From positions 320,001-384,000 of the forward strand of contig CAVSIV010000002.1 in NCBI GenBank assembly GCA_963728205.1: 64,000 nucleotides of DNA. The letters are read 5' to 3'. The notes under the pieces were generated by a model. It was not told the origin of the DNA. It was given only the letters and a program-made list of their open reading frames with translations, and searched no databases. Shown here one piece after another: positions 31,451 through 40,945 of this stretch. Every line of letters starts with the position of its first letter. Positions within the stretch are counted from its first letter, which is position 1. The stretch comes from an uncultured Chloroflexia bacterium. Its GTDB lineage: Bacteria > Chloroflexota > Dehalococcoidia > UBA2979. Position numbers and translations under genes: made by a program.

Positions 31451-32455
31451 GTGACGGGGCCGGGCTTCGGCCACGCGGCGGTCGTCGGCGCCACGGCGTG
31501 GGGAACCACGCTCGCGGTGCACCTCGCGCGCAACGGGCTCCCCACCACGCTGGCCGTGCGCAGCGCCGCCGAGGCCGCGCGCCTGGCGGCCGCGCGCTGC
31601 AACGAGCGCCGCCTCCCGGGCGTCGCCTTCCCGCCGGCGCTCGACGTCGCGGCGCTCGCCGACGCGCTGCCGGGCGCCGACCTCGTGTGCGTGGCGATCC
31701 CGTCGCGCACGATGTCCGCGAACGCCGCTGCCATCGCGGGCGCGATCGCGCCCGGGGCGGTCGTGCTCAGCGCGACGAAGGGCATCGAGCTCGCGACCGG
31801 CCGTCGCATGTCGGAGCTGCTCGCGGAGGCGCTGCCCGGCCATCCGCTGGCGGTGCTGTCGGGGCCCAACCTCTCGCGCGAGATCGCCGCCGGCATGCCC
31901 GGCAGCACCGTGATCGCCTCGCGCGACGCGCCGCTCGACGCGCTGCGCGACGCGTTCCACACCGAGCTGTTCCGCGTCTATACGAGCGACGACGTCCGCG
32001 GCGTGGAGCTCGGCGGCGCGCTGAAGAACGTGATCGCGATCGCCGCCGGCATGGTCGACGCGTTTGGCTACGGCGACAACGCGAAGGCGGCGCTGATCAC
32101 CCGCGGACTGGCCGAGATGACGCGCCTCGGCGTCGCCGCTGGCGCGGAGGCGCTCACGTTCCAGGGGCTTGCCGGCGTCGGGGACCTGGTCGCGACGTCC
32201 TACAGTCCGCTCTCGCGCAACCGCCGGCTCGGCGAGCTCGTGGCGGAGGGCCGCGCGCTCGACGACGCGCTGGCGGCGCTGGGCGAGACGGCCGAGGGCG
32301 CCACCACCATCCCTGCCGCGCTTGGCCTCGCGCGGCACCTGGACGTCGACATGCCGATCACCGCCGGGCTGCACGACGTGCTCTACGGCGGCATCCCGCC
32401 GCGGGAGGCGGTGCGGGCGCTGATGCTGCGTGAGCCCAGGCACGAGCGCCGGTGA
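31451..32455 (+). CDS. gpsA: NAD(P)H-dependent glycerol-3-phosphate dehydrogenase
   Basis: TKGIE, LSGPN, GGALKNVIAIAAG, GDLVAT and SRN. Confidence 0.95.
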   Translation: MTGPGFGHAAVVGATAWGTTLAVHLARNGLPTTLAVRSAAEAARLAAARCNERRLPGVAFPPALDVAALADALPGADLVCVAIPSRTMSANAAAIAGAIAPGAVVLSATKGIELATGRRMSELLAEALPGHPLAVLSGPNLSREIAAGMPGSTVIASRDAPLDALRDAFHTELFRVYTSDDVRGVELGGALKNVIAIAAGMVDAFGYGDNAKAALITRGLAEMTRLGVAAGAEALTFQGLAGVGDLVATSYSPLSRNRRLGELVAEGRALDDALAALGETAEGATTIPAALGLARHLDVDMPITAGLHDVLYGGIPPREAVRALMLREPRHERR

Positions 32456-32534
32456 GCGGCGGCCAGCCGGAGCGCCCGCAGATTGCGCGGAGCGCTTGCT
32501 AGAATCGAGCAATCGCACGGAATCCGGAGCACCA

Positions 32535-33602
32535 GTGACGAACGACGGCAGCAACCCGCACGGTCCGGACCACGGCGACCTGGGCGGCGCCGACGACGAG
32601 CGACCGGCGCTTCCGGCAGCCGGCACGGTCCTCGACGAGATCGCCGCGGGCGGCGTGCCCGAGTACGCGCATCTGCGCGCGCTCGCGAACCCCTCCGACA
32701 CCATCGTCAGACGCGTCTTCGAGCTGTGGTCGCGCATCCCGCCGGAGCGCCGCCGCGACCTGCTCGCGAAGCTCCACCAGATCACGGAGGAAGACGCGAC
32801 CGCGGACTTCCACCGCATCCATCTCTCCGCGCTGCGCGACGCGGATCCGGCGACGCGCATCCTCGCGGTGCGCGGCCTCTGGGAGCAGGAGCAGCCGGAG
32901 TACCTCCGCCTGCTCTGTCAGCAGCTGCGCGACGACCCCGAGCCAAGCGTCCGCGCCGAGATCGCCGACGCGCTCGGCCGCTGGGTGATCAGCCTCGAGT
33001 TCGGCATGGTCGCCGAGGATGACGGCGAAGACCTCACGACCGCGCTGCGCGAGGCGGTCGAGGACATCGAGGAGCAGGACGAGGTGCGCGGCCGTGCGCT
33101 CGAGGCACTGGGCGCGTGGTCCGACGAGTCGGTCGCCGAGCTGATCAGCGAGATGTACGAGGTCGGGAACCACCGCCTGCGTGTCGCCGCGCTGCGCGCG
33201 ATGGGCCGCAGCGCCTCCGACGCATGGCTGCCCGTGCTCATCTATCACTTCGACGACGACGACGCGGAGGTGCGCGCCGTCTCCGCGACGTCGGCCGGCG
33301 AGCTGCTCCTCGACGAGGCCGTCGAGCCGCTCGCCATGCTCACCGCGGACGCCGACGAGGACGTCCAGGTGGCGGCAGTGCGGGCGCTCGGCGAGATCGG
33401 GAACGAAGAGTCCGAGCGCATCCTCACACGCATGCTGCGCGAACGGCAGGAGCCGCACATGCGGACGGCGGTGCGCGAGGCGCTCGCCGGCGTGCAGCTG
33501 CTGTCGATGGCGATGGTCGATGACGAGGATCGATCGCCGGACTTCGGGGGCCCCGACGACGGCGAGGACCAGGTCGAGGACGAGGAGGGCGAGCCGGAGT
33601 GA
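32535..33602 (+). CDS. HEAT-repeat protein
   Basis: Repeated D.D..VR..A..ALG units; upstream TGcTAGAAT promoter and GGAG RBS. Confidence 0.85.
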   Translation: MTNDGSNPHGPDHGDLGGADDERPALPAAGTVLDEIAAGGVPEYAHLRALANPSDTIVRRVFELWSRIPPERRRDLLAKLHQITEEDATADFHRIHLSALRDADPATRILAVRGLWEQEQPEYLRLLCQQLRDDPEPSVRAEIADALGRWVISLEFGMVAEDDGEDLTTALREAVEDIEEQDEVRGRALEALGAWSDESVAELISEMYEVGNHRLRVAALRAMGRSASDAWLPVLIYHFDDDDAEVRAVSATSAGELLLDEAVEPLAMLTADADEDVQVAAVRALGEIGNEESERILTRMLRERQEPHMRTAVREALAGVQLLSMAMVDDEDRSPDFGGPDDGEDQVEDEEGEPE

Positions 33603-34051
33603 GCGGGTCGGGCGGGACGTCGGCCCTGCGCAAGGCGATCTCCGCCGGCGGCGTCGTCTACCGCCGGGCGCGGCACGGGATCGAGATCGTGCTGGTGGCG
33701 CGACCGAGCGAGGGGTTGTGGGCCCTGCCGAAGGGCACTCCCGAGCCCGGCGAGTCGATGGCCGAGACGGCCGTGCGCGAGGTCACCGAGGAGACCGGAC
33801 TCAGCGTGCGCATCGCGGAGTCGCTCGGCACCGTGCGCTACCAGTTCACCGACCGCGATGGCCAGATCGTCGACAAGACGGTGCATCATTTCCTGCTGGA
33901 GCCGGTCGGCGGCGACCTCGGCGATCACGACGCGGAGCACGACCTCGTCGACTGGTTCGACATCCACGAGGCGGAGCGCCTGCTCACGCATCGCAACCAG
34001 CTGCATATTCTGAACCGCGCAGCGGAGACCATCGAGAAGCGAGCGTCATGA
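33599..34051 (+). CDS. NUDIX hydrolase (Ap4A hydrolase-like)
   Basis: SAGGVV and WALPKG..E.GE...TAVREVTEETG. Confidence 0.9.
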   Translation: MSGSGGTSALRKAISAGGVVYRRARHGIEIVLVARPSEGLWALPKGTPEPGESMAETAVREVTEETGLSVRIAESLGTVRYQFTDRDGQIVDKTVHHFLLEPVGGDLGDHDAEHDLVDWFDIHEAERLLTHRNQLHILNRAAETIEKRAS

Positions 34052-34605
34052 CCGCCACGCAGCCGAACGTCGTCGCGCGCGGGCGCCTCGTCCGCCTGCG
34101 CGAGAAGCGCGTCGAGGACGCCGAGCACGACTACGCGTGGCGTGCCGACCCCGAGCTGGCCGCATACGACGCGGCGCGTCCGATCACGATGACGTTCCGC
34201 TCGTTCGTGGCGAGTCTCTCCGAGGAGTTGCGATACCCGGCGAGCCACCGGCACACGTTCGCGATCGAAGACATGGCCACGGGCGCTCATATCGGCAACG
34301 TCATGTACTACGGCTACGACCGCCGCAAGGCGGAGGCGGAGCTCGGGGTGACCATCGGGCTGCGGGAGTACTGGTCGCACGGCTACGGCACGGACGCCGT
34401 CGCGACGATGGTGCGCTATCTCTTCGAGCAGCTCGGGCTGCAGCGCGTCTACCTGCATACGCTGACCTGGAACTACCGCGCACAGGCGTGCTTCAAGCGC
34501 GTGGGCTTCCGCGTGGTGAGCGAAGTGCGCCGGGGCGGCTACGACTTCATCTACATGGAGATCCTGCCGGATCTGCTCCCCGCCGAGGACGACCCCGCGA
34601 ACTGA
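34048..34605 (+). CDS. GNAT N-acetyltransferase, RimJ/RimL-like
   Basis: ATG overlaps the upstream stop; AELGVTIG, YWSHGYGTDA and NYRAQACFKRVGF. Confidence 0.88.
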   Translation: MTATQPNVVARGRLVRLREKRVEDAEHDYAWRADPELAAYDAARPITMTFRSFVASLSEELRYPASHRHTFAIEDMATGAHIGNVMYYGYDRRKAEAELGVTIGLREYWSHGYGTDAVATMVRYLFEQLGLQRVYLHTLTWNYRAQACFKRVGFRVVSEVRRGGYDFIYMEILPDLLPAEDDPAN

Positions 34606-34691
34606 CGCCGCGCGACAACGCGGTCGGCACGCCTCTCCCGGCAAGCGGCGCATCGCGACCGCGTACCAGCGGACTGCCGCGCGCCACAACA

Positions 34692-34720
34692 GAGGGGGCC
34701 ACCCTTTCGGGTGGCCCCTC
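34692..34720. terminator. Hairpin between convergent genes
   Basis: GAGGGGGCACCC-TTTC-GGGTGGCCCCTC. Confidence 0.6.
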
Positions 34721-34748
34721 GTTACCGCCGCAGCGGCAGATGTCTGCG

Positions 34749-35711
34749 TTAGCCGGCCGCGGCCGCCACGGGCCGCCCCGGAAGGTCGAGGTCCGGCGGG
34801 GGCGGCGCCGGGTTGCGCAGCCCCTGCATCATCTGCGGGACCAGCGCCCGCAGCTCGTCGATCTCCCACATCCCCGGCTTGGCGATCGTGCGGTTCGGCG
34901 TCTCGTCCCACGAGAGGCTCACCTGGCCGCCCGAGACGTTGAAGACCTTGCCGTTGACGTTCCACGCCTGGTCGGTGAGCAGGTAGTTCACCATCGGCGC
35001 GACGTACTTGGCGTCGCGCAGCTGGTTCACGATGCTCGGTGCGCGCTGCTGCGTCGCGATGCCGGCGCGGGCGCGCATCTGCTGCGCGGCCTCCGGAACC
35101 GTCTGCGTCATGCGCGTCGCCGCTCCCGGCGCGATCGCGTTGGCGGTGACGCCGTAGCGGCCGAGGTCGCGGGCGAGGCAGCGGACCATGCCGGCGATGC
35201 CGGCTTTGGCGGCGCCGTAGTTCGCCTGGCCCGGGTTGCCGTTCAGGCCGGAGCCCGACGAGAACCCGATGATGCGGCCGAAGCGCTGCTGTCGCATGAG
35301 CACCGACGCCGGCTTCGAGACGTTGAAGAAGCCGGTGAGGTGGACGGCAACGACGTCGTCCCACTCCTGCTCGCTCATGTTGAAGATCATGCGGTCGCGC
35401 AGGATGCCGGCGACGTGCACGACGCCGTCGATGCGCCCGTAGGCGTCGACCGCCTGCTTGATCATGCTCTCGCCGCCCTCGGGGGTGGCGACGGAGTCGT
35501 AGTTCGCCTGGGCCTTGCCGCCGGCGTCCGTGATCTCCTTCGCGACCGTGCCCGCGGGGCCCTGGTCGCCGCCGGAGCCGTCGACGTTCACGCCCGGGTC
35601 GTTCACGACCACGTTCGCGCCGAGGCGAGCCGCGAGCAGCGCGACCTCGCGGCCGATGCCGCGGCCCGAGCCCGTGACCAGGATGGTGCGTCCTTCGAGT
35701 GGAGTTGCCAT
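34749..35711 (-). CDS. Short-chain dehydrogenase (HSD17B4/3-hydroxyacyl-CoA DH-like), paralogue 2
   Basis: TGSGRGIG, VAGILRD and NYGAAK. Confidence 0.92.
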   Translation of the reverse strand: MATPLEGRTILVTGSGRGIGREVALLAARLGANVVVNDPGVNVDGSGGDQGPAGTVAKEITDAGGKAQANYDSVATPEGGESMIKQAVDAYGRIDGVVHVAGILRDRMIFNMSEQEWDDVVAVHLTGFFNVSKPASVLMRQQRFGRIIGFSSGSGLNGNPGQANYGAAKAGIAGMVRCLARDLGRYGVTANAIAPGAATRMTQTVPEAAQQMRARAGIATQQRAPSIVNQLRDAKYVAPMVNYLLTDQAWNVNGKVFNVSGGQVSLSWDETPNRTIAKPGMWEIDELRALVPQMMQGLRNPAPPPPDLDLPGRPVAAAAG

Positions 35712-35731
35712 CTACGTTCCTTTCGCGCCGA

Positions 35732-36712
35732 CTACGCCAGCGGCTTCGCGGCGACGTCGCGGCCGGGGACCTCGACGTCGTCCCGCGGCGGCGCCGGGTT
35801 GTCGATGCCGCGCATCAGCACGTTGTTCACGGCGTCGTCGAGCTCGGAGAGCTCCCAGAGGCCGGGCTTGAAAACGGTGCGCATTGCGGTCGGGTGGTGC
35901 GCCACGGAGACCGTGCCGCCCGACACGTTGAAGATCCAGCCGTTGACGTCCCACGCGTCGTCCGACGCGAGGAAGCCGACCATCGGCGCGACGTACTCGG
36001 GCTCGCGGAGCCCCGTGTACGCGCTCTGCGGGGCCTGCGGCTGGTTCGACGCGGCGCCCTGCACGCCGGCGGCGGCGCGCATCTGGCGAGCGCTGTCGGG
36101 CACGGTCTGCGTCATGCGCGTCGAGGCGCCCGGCGCGATCGCGTTGCAGGTCACGCCGTAGCGGCCGAGGTCGCGCGCGACCACGCGGGTCATGCCGGCG
36201 ATGCCGGACTTCGCGGCACCGTAGTTCACCTGGCCGGTGTTGCCGATGATGCCCGACGTCGACGAGAAGTTGATGATGCGGCCGTAACGCTGCTGGCGCA
36301 TGAGCACCGACGCCGGCTTGATGGTGTTGTAGTGGCCCTTGAGGTGGACGGCGATCACGTCGTCCCACTCCTGCTGGCTCATGTTGAACACCATGCGGTC
36401 GCGCAGGATGCCGGCCACGTTCACGACGATGTCGATGCGGCCGTACGTGTCGACCGCCTGCTTCACCATCGCCTCGCCGCCGGCCGCCGTGGCCACCGAC
36501 TCGGTGTTCGCCGCGGCCTCGCCGCCGGCCTTCTTGATCTCGTCCACCACCTGCTGCGCCGGGCCGGCGTCGCCGCCGGAGCCGTCGACGTTCACGCCGG
36601 GGTCGTTGACGACGACCTTCGCGCCCTCTTTGGCAAAGAGGAGCGCGATGCCGCGACCGATGCCGCGGCCCGAGCCGGTGACGAGGGCGACCTTGCCCTC
36701 TAATGCACCCAT
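35732..36712 (-). CDS. Short-chain dehydrogenase (HSD17B4-like), paralogue 1
   Basis: TGSGRGIG, VAGILRD and NYGAAK; very similar to the neighbouring SDR. Confidence 0.92.
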   Translation of the reverse strand: MGALEGKVALVTGSGRGIGRGIALLFAKEGAKVVVNDPGVNVDGSGGDAGPAQQVVDEIKKAGGEAAANTESVATAAGGEAMVKQAVDTYGRIDIVVNVAGILRDRMVFNMSQQEWDDVIAVHLKGHYNTIKPASVLMRQQRYGRIINFSSTSGIIGNTGQVNYGAAKSGIAGMTRVVARDLGRYGVTCNAIAPGASTRMTQTVPDSARQMRAAAGVQGAASNQPQAPQSAYTGLREPEYVAPMVGFLASDDAWDVNGWIFNVSGGTVSVAHHPTAMRTVFKPGLWELSELDDAVNNVLMRGIDNPAPPRDDVEVPGRDVAAKPLA

Positions 36713-36781
36713 GCCTTCGTCCTTCCTCGACCCCTCGCGGGGTCCTCTCGCGATGCTTTCAGAACCGGCGAGGCGGCCTGG

Positions 36782-37213
36782 CTAGCCGCGGCTCGGCAGT
36801 ACTACCTTGGCGGTCCCCGGGGTGGTCTTCTGCCCCTGGGGGTTCTCGGTCCAGACGTCGAGCTCGACGATGTGCTCGCCGTTCTCGACGGACTTCTTCG
36901 TGACGACGCCGCCGCAGCGGATGTCCTGGTTCGGGTAGTCCATCCCGCGGTACTGGCATCCGAATTCGCGGATGCGACCGGACGGCGCCGCCCAGTCGTG
37001 CAGCAGCTGGCCGAGGAACGCGTTCTTCAGCGCGCCGTGCACGATGATGTTGTCGAGGCCGGTCGTCTTCGCGAAGTTCAGGTCGTAGTGGATCTGGTAG
37101 AAGTCGCCCGAGCCGGCTGCCCAGATCACGAGTTGCTGCGTCGAGCAGTTCTTCACGAGCGTGGGGATCGCATCGCCCTCGTTCACGTCCTCGAAGTAGA
37201 CCTGGTCGGCCAT
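36782..37213 (-). CDS. MaoC-family (R)-hydratase catalytic subunit
   Basis: SGDFYQIHYD...IIVHG hydratase-2 motif. Confidence 0.88.
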   Translation of the reverse strand: MADQVYFEDVNEGDAIPTLVKNCSTQQLVIWAAGSGDFYQIHYDLNFAKTTGLDNIIVHGALKNAFLGQLLHDWAAPSGRIREFGCQYRGMDYPNQDIRCGGVVTKKSVENGEHIVELDVWTENPQGQKTTPGTAKVVLPSRG

Positions 37214-37233
37214 TCTTGCGCCTCGTCCCCGCG

Positions 37234-37704
37234 CTAGTAGTTGATGATGTTGCCGCGCATCTTCGCGACGACGGTGCCGTCGTCGCGCGTGAACACGGTC
37301 TCGCGGTAGGTGATGAGCATCGGCCCCATCGAGCCCTCGCGCTCGCGGAACTCGGTGATGTGCGAGCGCGACGTGATCGTGTCGCCGGCCACGATCGGCT
37401 CGAAGTACTCGTACGTCGTCCCGCCGTTCAGGATGCGCTTGTACGGGATCGAGTAGCTCGGGCCGGCCGCCTCCGGGTCGCGCTGCCCGGGACGGAAGAT
37501 CGGCGTGCCGAGGTAGCCGGGCGGTGCCACGAGATTGCGATAGCCGCGCTGCTTCGCCGCGTCGACGTCGTAGAAGATCGGGTCGGTATGCCCGACGGCG
37601 CGCGCGAACAGGCGGATGCCGCTCGTCGTGACCTCCGATGTCGAGGCGGGGCCGTCAACGCCGACCGCCGCTCGCATCTCATCGCTGATGACAGAATCCG
37701 CCAC
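37234..37704 (-). CDS. MaoC dehydratase N-terminal-type (HadA-like) subunit
   Basis: IRLFARAVG, APP and LNGGTTYEYFEPIVAGD; GAGGAGG RBS. Confidence 0.85.
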   Translation of the reverse strand: MADSVISDEMRAAVGVDGPASTSEVTTSGIRLFARAVGHTDPIFYDVDAAKQRGYRNLVAPPGYLGTPIFRPGQRDPEAAGPSYSIPYKRILNGGTTYEYFEPIVAGDTITSRSHITEFREREGSMGPMLITYRETVFTRDDGTVVAKMRGNIINY

Positions 37705-37870
37705 TCGACTACCTCCTCTTACGAGTGAAATGTCGATAACAGGCGTGGGAACAAGGGCGTAGCGGGGGGCCCCAGCCGGCCGGGCGCACGATATCCACGG
37801 CCCCCCGTCGTGTCAATTTCGTGTCGTCGGCCGGCCGCGCGCGTGAGGCGGACGTGCGGATGCGCGCGGG

Positions 37871-38482
37871 ATGTCCGATGCTGCACTCACGACCGACGCG
37901 ACGGGGAGACGTGACGCGGTGACCCTCGAGGACATGGGCATCCCTTCGCACCTGGGCGGGCACGCCGTCCGGTCGGACTTCGACGTGCGCGCCTCGCGCA
38001 TTGCGCTCACCGGTCGGTCGCTGCGCTCCGAGCTGTGGATCGGCGGTGGCTACACGATCGTCGGTGAGCCGGTCGGCCCGTCGGATCTCGCAGGGGCGTG
38101 GGTCGTCGACTGCGCCGGCGAGCTCCCCGCGGAGTTCGCGTCGCTGGCCGGGCTCTACATCCCGCGAGTGTTCGAAGACATCGAGCAGACGCCGGCGGGC
38201 TATCGGCAGATCGAAGCGCTCGCCCGGCGGATCGCCGGCGTGCTGGATGCGTCGGTGCCGGCGGATCCGGCGAGCGACGCCGTGACGGGGCCGGCGTTTC
38301 CGGCGGAATCGCCGGCGCGCGTCTACGTGATGTGCAAGCAGGGGTTGAACCGGAGCGGGCTCATGCTCGGGCGAATCCTGCGCGAGCTCGGGCTGACCGG
38401 CGAGCAGGCGGTGCACACGCTGCGAACGCAGCGTCCCGGCGCCCTCGCGAACCTCGCGTTCGAGCGCCTGCTGCGCGACTAG
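37871..38482 (+). CDS. Dual-specificity/PTP-like phosphatase
   Basis: CX5R motif CKQGLNRSG and C-terminal RPGALAN..F. Confidence 0.75.
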   Translation: MSDAALTTDATGRRDAVTLEDMGIPSHLGGHAVRSDFDVRASRIALTGRSLRSELWIGGGYTIVGEPVGPSDLAGAWVVDCAGELPAEFASLAGLYIPRVFEDIEQTPAGYRQIEALARRIAGVLDASVPADPASDAVTGPAFPAESPARVYVMCKQGLNRSGLMLGRILRELGLTGEQAVHTLRTQRPGALANLAFERLLRD

Positions 38483-38694
38483 GCCACGGCGCAAGAGCCG
38501 AAGCGCGCACTGCCAGCATGACGAAGGTCACACTGCACCCGGGTCCTTGGTGTGTGCAGGCGCGAAAACGCGAGCGTATGCTACGCCGCGTGGGTGCCTG
38601 AACGGCACCGGAAATTCCGCACAGACGCGCCTGGCGCGACGCCGCGTGAGTTGAGCGCCGAGTCAGAGTTCGAGTGACCAGACTAGGGGGCAAC

Positions 38695-40011
38695 ATGGCC
38701 GAACTGCAGAACGTAGTGATCGTGGACGCGGCCCGTTCCGCGTACACCCGCGGCGGGCGCGGCGCGCTCGTCGGCAACCGGTTGGACGACGCGGGCGCCA
38801 CGGTCCTGCGCACGCTCCTCGAGCGGAACCCGAAGGTTTCGCCCTGGATGATCGAGGACATCGGGCTCGGCCAGGTCGGCAGCGCCCCCGAGCTCTCGGG
38901 CATCGGCGCCGACAACGTCGCGAAGCTCGCCGGCCTGCCCGCAGAGGCCTGCACGTTCGAGACGAACCGCCAGTGCGGCTCGTCGATGGAGACCCTGCAG
39001 CGCATCGCGCAGTCGATCATGGTCGGCGCGACCGAGTGCGGCGTCTCGATCGGCATCGAGCGCATGGGCCGCTCGCTCGGCGGCGGCGGCGGCGCGCGCG
39101 CCGATCAGAACCGCGTGACGAAGTTCAACGAGAAGCGGCTGCAGTTCAATGACATGCAGCGCAACCTCCCGCCAAACTACTCGGAGATGTTCAAGACCCC
39201 GATCCCCGACTACATCCTCGACTCGCCGCCGGTGATGTCGATGACCCAGACGGCGCAGAACGTCGCCGAGATGTACAACCTCACGCGCGAGCAGATGGAC
39301 CAGCTTGCGGTGGACAGCCACCGCAAGTACGGCGAGGCGCTCCAGAAGGGCATCTACGCCGAGGAGATCATCCCGCTCGAGGTCGAGATGCCCGTCTTCG
39401 ACGACGAGGGCAACTGGGTCCCCGACGCGCACGGCGAGAAGAAGGTGCTGCAGGTCGACGAGGGCTACCGCGCCGGTACCAACCTCGAGACCCTGATGCA
39501 GCTGAAGACCGTCGCCGGCATCAAGAGCTACGCGGACAAGGAACTGATGATCACCGCGGGCAACGCGTGCCCGACGAACGACGGCATCAGCGCGGTGCTG
39601 CTGATGAGCGAGAAGAAGGCACTTGAGCTCGGCCTGGAGCCGCTGGCCCGGCTCGTGGGCTTCGGCGTCGGCGGTGTGAAGCCGCAGGTCATGGGCCTCG
39701 GCCCGGTCCCGGCGACGAAGAAGGCGCTCAAGCACGCGGGCATCGAGGCCGGCGCGATCGACCGCGTCGAGTTCAACGAGGCCTTCGCGGCGCAGGTCAT
39801 CCCGTCGATGGACGAGCTGGGCATCCCGATGGACCGCCTGAACGTCAACGGCGGCTCGCTGGCAATCGGCCACCCGCTCGGTTCGACCGGTGCTCGCCTC
39901 GTCGGCACCGTCGCGCGCGAGGTGCGCCGCTCGGGCAAGCGCTACGGGCTCGCCACGCAGTGCATCGGCGCCGGCATGGGCATCGCCACGATCGTGGAGG
40001 CGCTCTACTAG
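38695..40011 (+). CDS. Thiolase (acetyl-CoA C-acyltransferase)
   Basis: NRQCGSS, NEAFA, GHPLG and CIGAGMG. Confidence 0.93.
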   Translation: MAELQNVVIVDAARSAYTRGGRGALVGNRLDDAGATVLRTLLERNPKVSPWMIEDIGLGQVGSAPELSGIGADNVAKLAGLPAEACTFETNRQCGSSMETLQRIAQSIMVGATECGVSIGIERMGRSLGGGGGARADQNRVTKFNEKRLQFNDMQRNLPPNYSEMFKTPIPDYILDSPPVMSMTQTAQNVAEMYNLTREQMDQLAVDSHRKYGEALQKGIYAEEIIPLEVEMPVFDDEGNWVPDAHGEKKVLQVDEGYRAGTNLETLMQLKTVAGIKSYADKELMITAGNACPTNDGISAVLLMSEKKALELGLEPLARLVGFGVGGVKPQVMGLGPVPATKKALKHAGIEAGAIDRVEFNEAFAAQVIPSMDELGIPMDRLNVNGGSLAIGHPLGSTGARLVGTVAREVRRSGKRYGLATQCIGAGMGIATIVEALY

Positions 40012-40040
40012 TCGGAGGCCGCCCACGGCAGCGACATACG

Positions 40041-40074
40041 GAGGCGCCCCTCTGCGAGGGGCGCCTCTTCGTTT
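40041..40074 (+). terminator. Intrinsic terminator
   Basis: GAGGCGCCCCTC-TGC-GAGGGGCGCCTC followed by TTCGTTT. Confidence 0.75.
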
Positions 40075-40098
40075 GTGCGCGGGGACGGGGCGAGTCGG

Positions 40099-40860
40099 TC
40101 AGACGGGACGGTGGACGTGCGGACCGGCGTCGCCGTGCGCGTGGCGGGTCGCGTCGAGCGCGCGCCAGCGATCGTGCAGATCGTCCGGGACGCCGAAGCG
40201 CACCGGGTCCTGCGTCAGCCCACCGCGCGTGAGGTCGACAGCCCAGCAGCGGCCGGCGCGCAGCTCCTCGATCAGTTCCCGTTCGTTGTGGACGTCGCGC
40301 TCGAAGTACGTCGCGGTCTTGCCGATGTCCTTCGCCTCGTGCGAGTCGGTTCCGCCCGTGCCGGGCATCCCCATCTCGCGCGCGAGGTCCTCGGTGAACC
40401 GGTTCTCGCGCAGCTGTCCGCGGCCGTTCAGCACCTCGAGCGCGGCGACGAGGTGGTAGGCGGGGTTCCGCTTCGCGCGCTCGATCGCATCGACGTACTC
40501 CTGTGGCTTCTCCCAGTCCCACGGCGTCTGGCGACGGTACGGATGCGCGGCGACCATCACGCCGTCCGACTCGTGGACGTGGCCGGCGAGCTCATGGCTG
40601 CGGTGCATGCCGAAGACGTACTTGTGCATGCCGTAGACGAGGATGTGCCCGTCCTCGGTGTTGATCTCCATGCCGGCGATCACCGTGAAGTTGTGGCGCT
40701 TCGCCAGCGCGCGCACGGCCTCCGGCTCCCAGGCCCAGTCGTGCTCCGAGAGCACCACCGCGTCCAGTCCGGCCTCGCGGGAGCGTTCGACGAGTTCGTC
40801 GGGGTGGAGGAAGGAATCCCAGGAGCCGGGATGCGTGTGCGTGTGCAGGTCAATCAGCAT
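40099..40860 (-). CDS. PHP domain metallo-hydrolase
   Basis: IDLHTHT, SEHD, AHPYR, EVLNG and GGTDSH. Confidence 0.88.
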   Translation of the reverse strand: MLIDLHTHTHPGSWDSFLHPDELVERSREAGLDAVVLSEHDWAWEPEAVRALAKRHNFTVIAGMEINTEDGHILVYGMHKYVFGMHRSHELAGHVHESDGVMVAAHPYRRQTPWDWEKPQEYVDAIERAKRNPAYHLVAALEVLNGRGQLRENRFTEDLAREMGMPGTGGTDSHEAKDIGKTATYFERDVHNERELIEELRAGRCWAVDLTRGGLTQDPVRFGVPDDLHDRWRALDATRHAHGDAGPHVHRPV

Positions 40861-40945
40861 CGCGCGGCTCGTCCGTCCCTCTCGGGGAAACAGGAGGGGG
40901 TGGCGCGGGCCACCCCCTCGATTCGATTCGTGTGGGCCGGGGGCC

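Noticed and set aside
31480-31510. GATAWG instead of GxGxxG in GpsA (and TKED G4 in Der) as inactivating changes
   Set aside because: All other catalytic motifs are intact; plausible lineage variants
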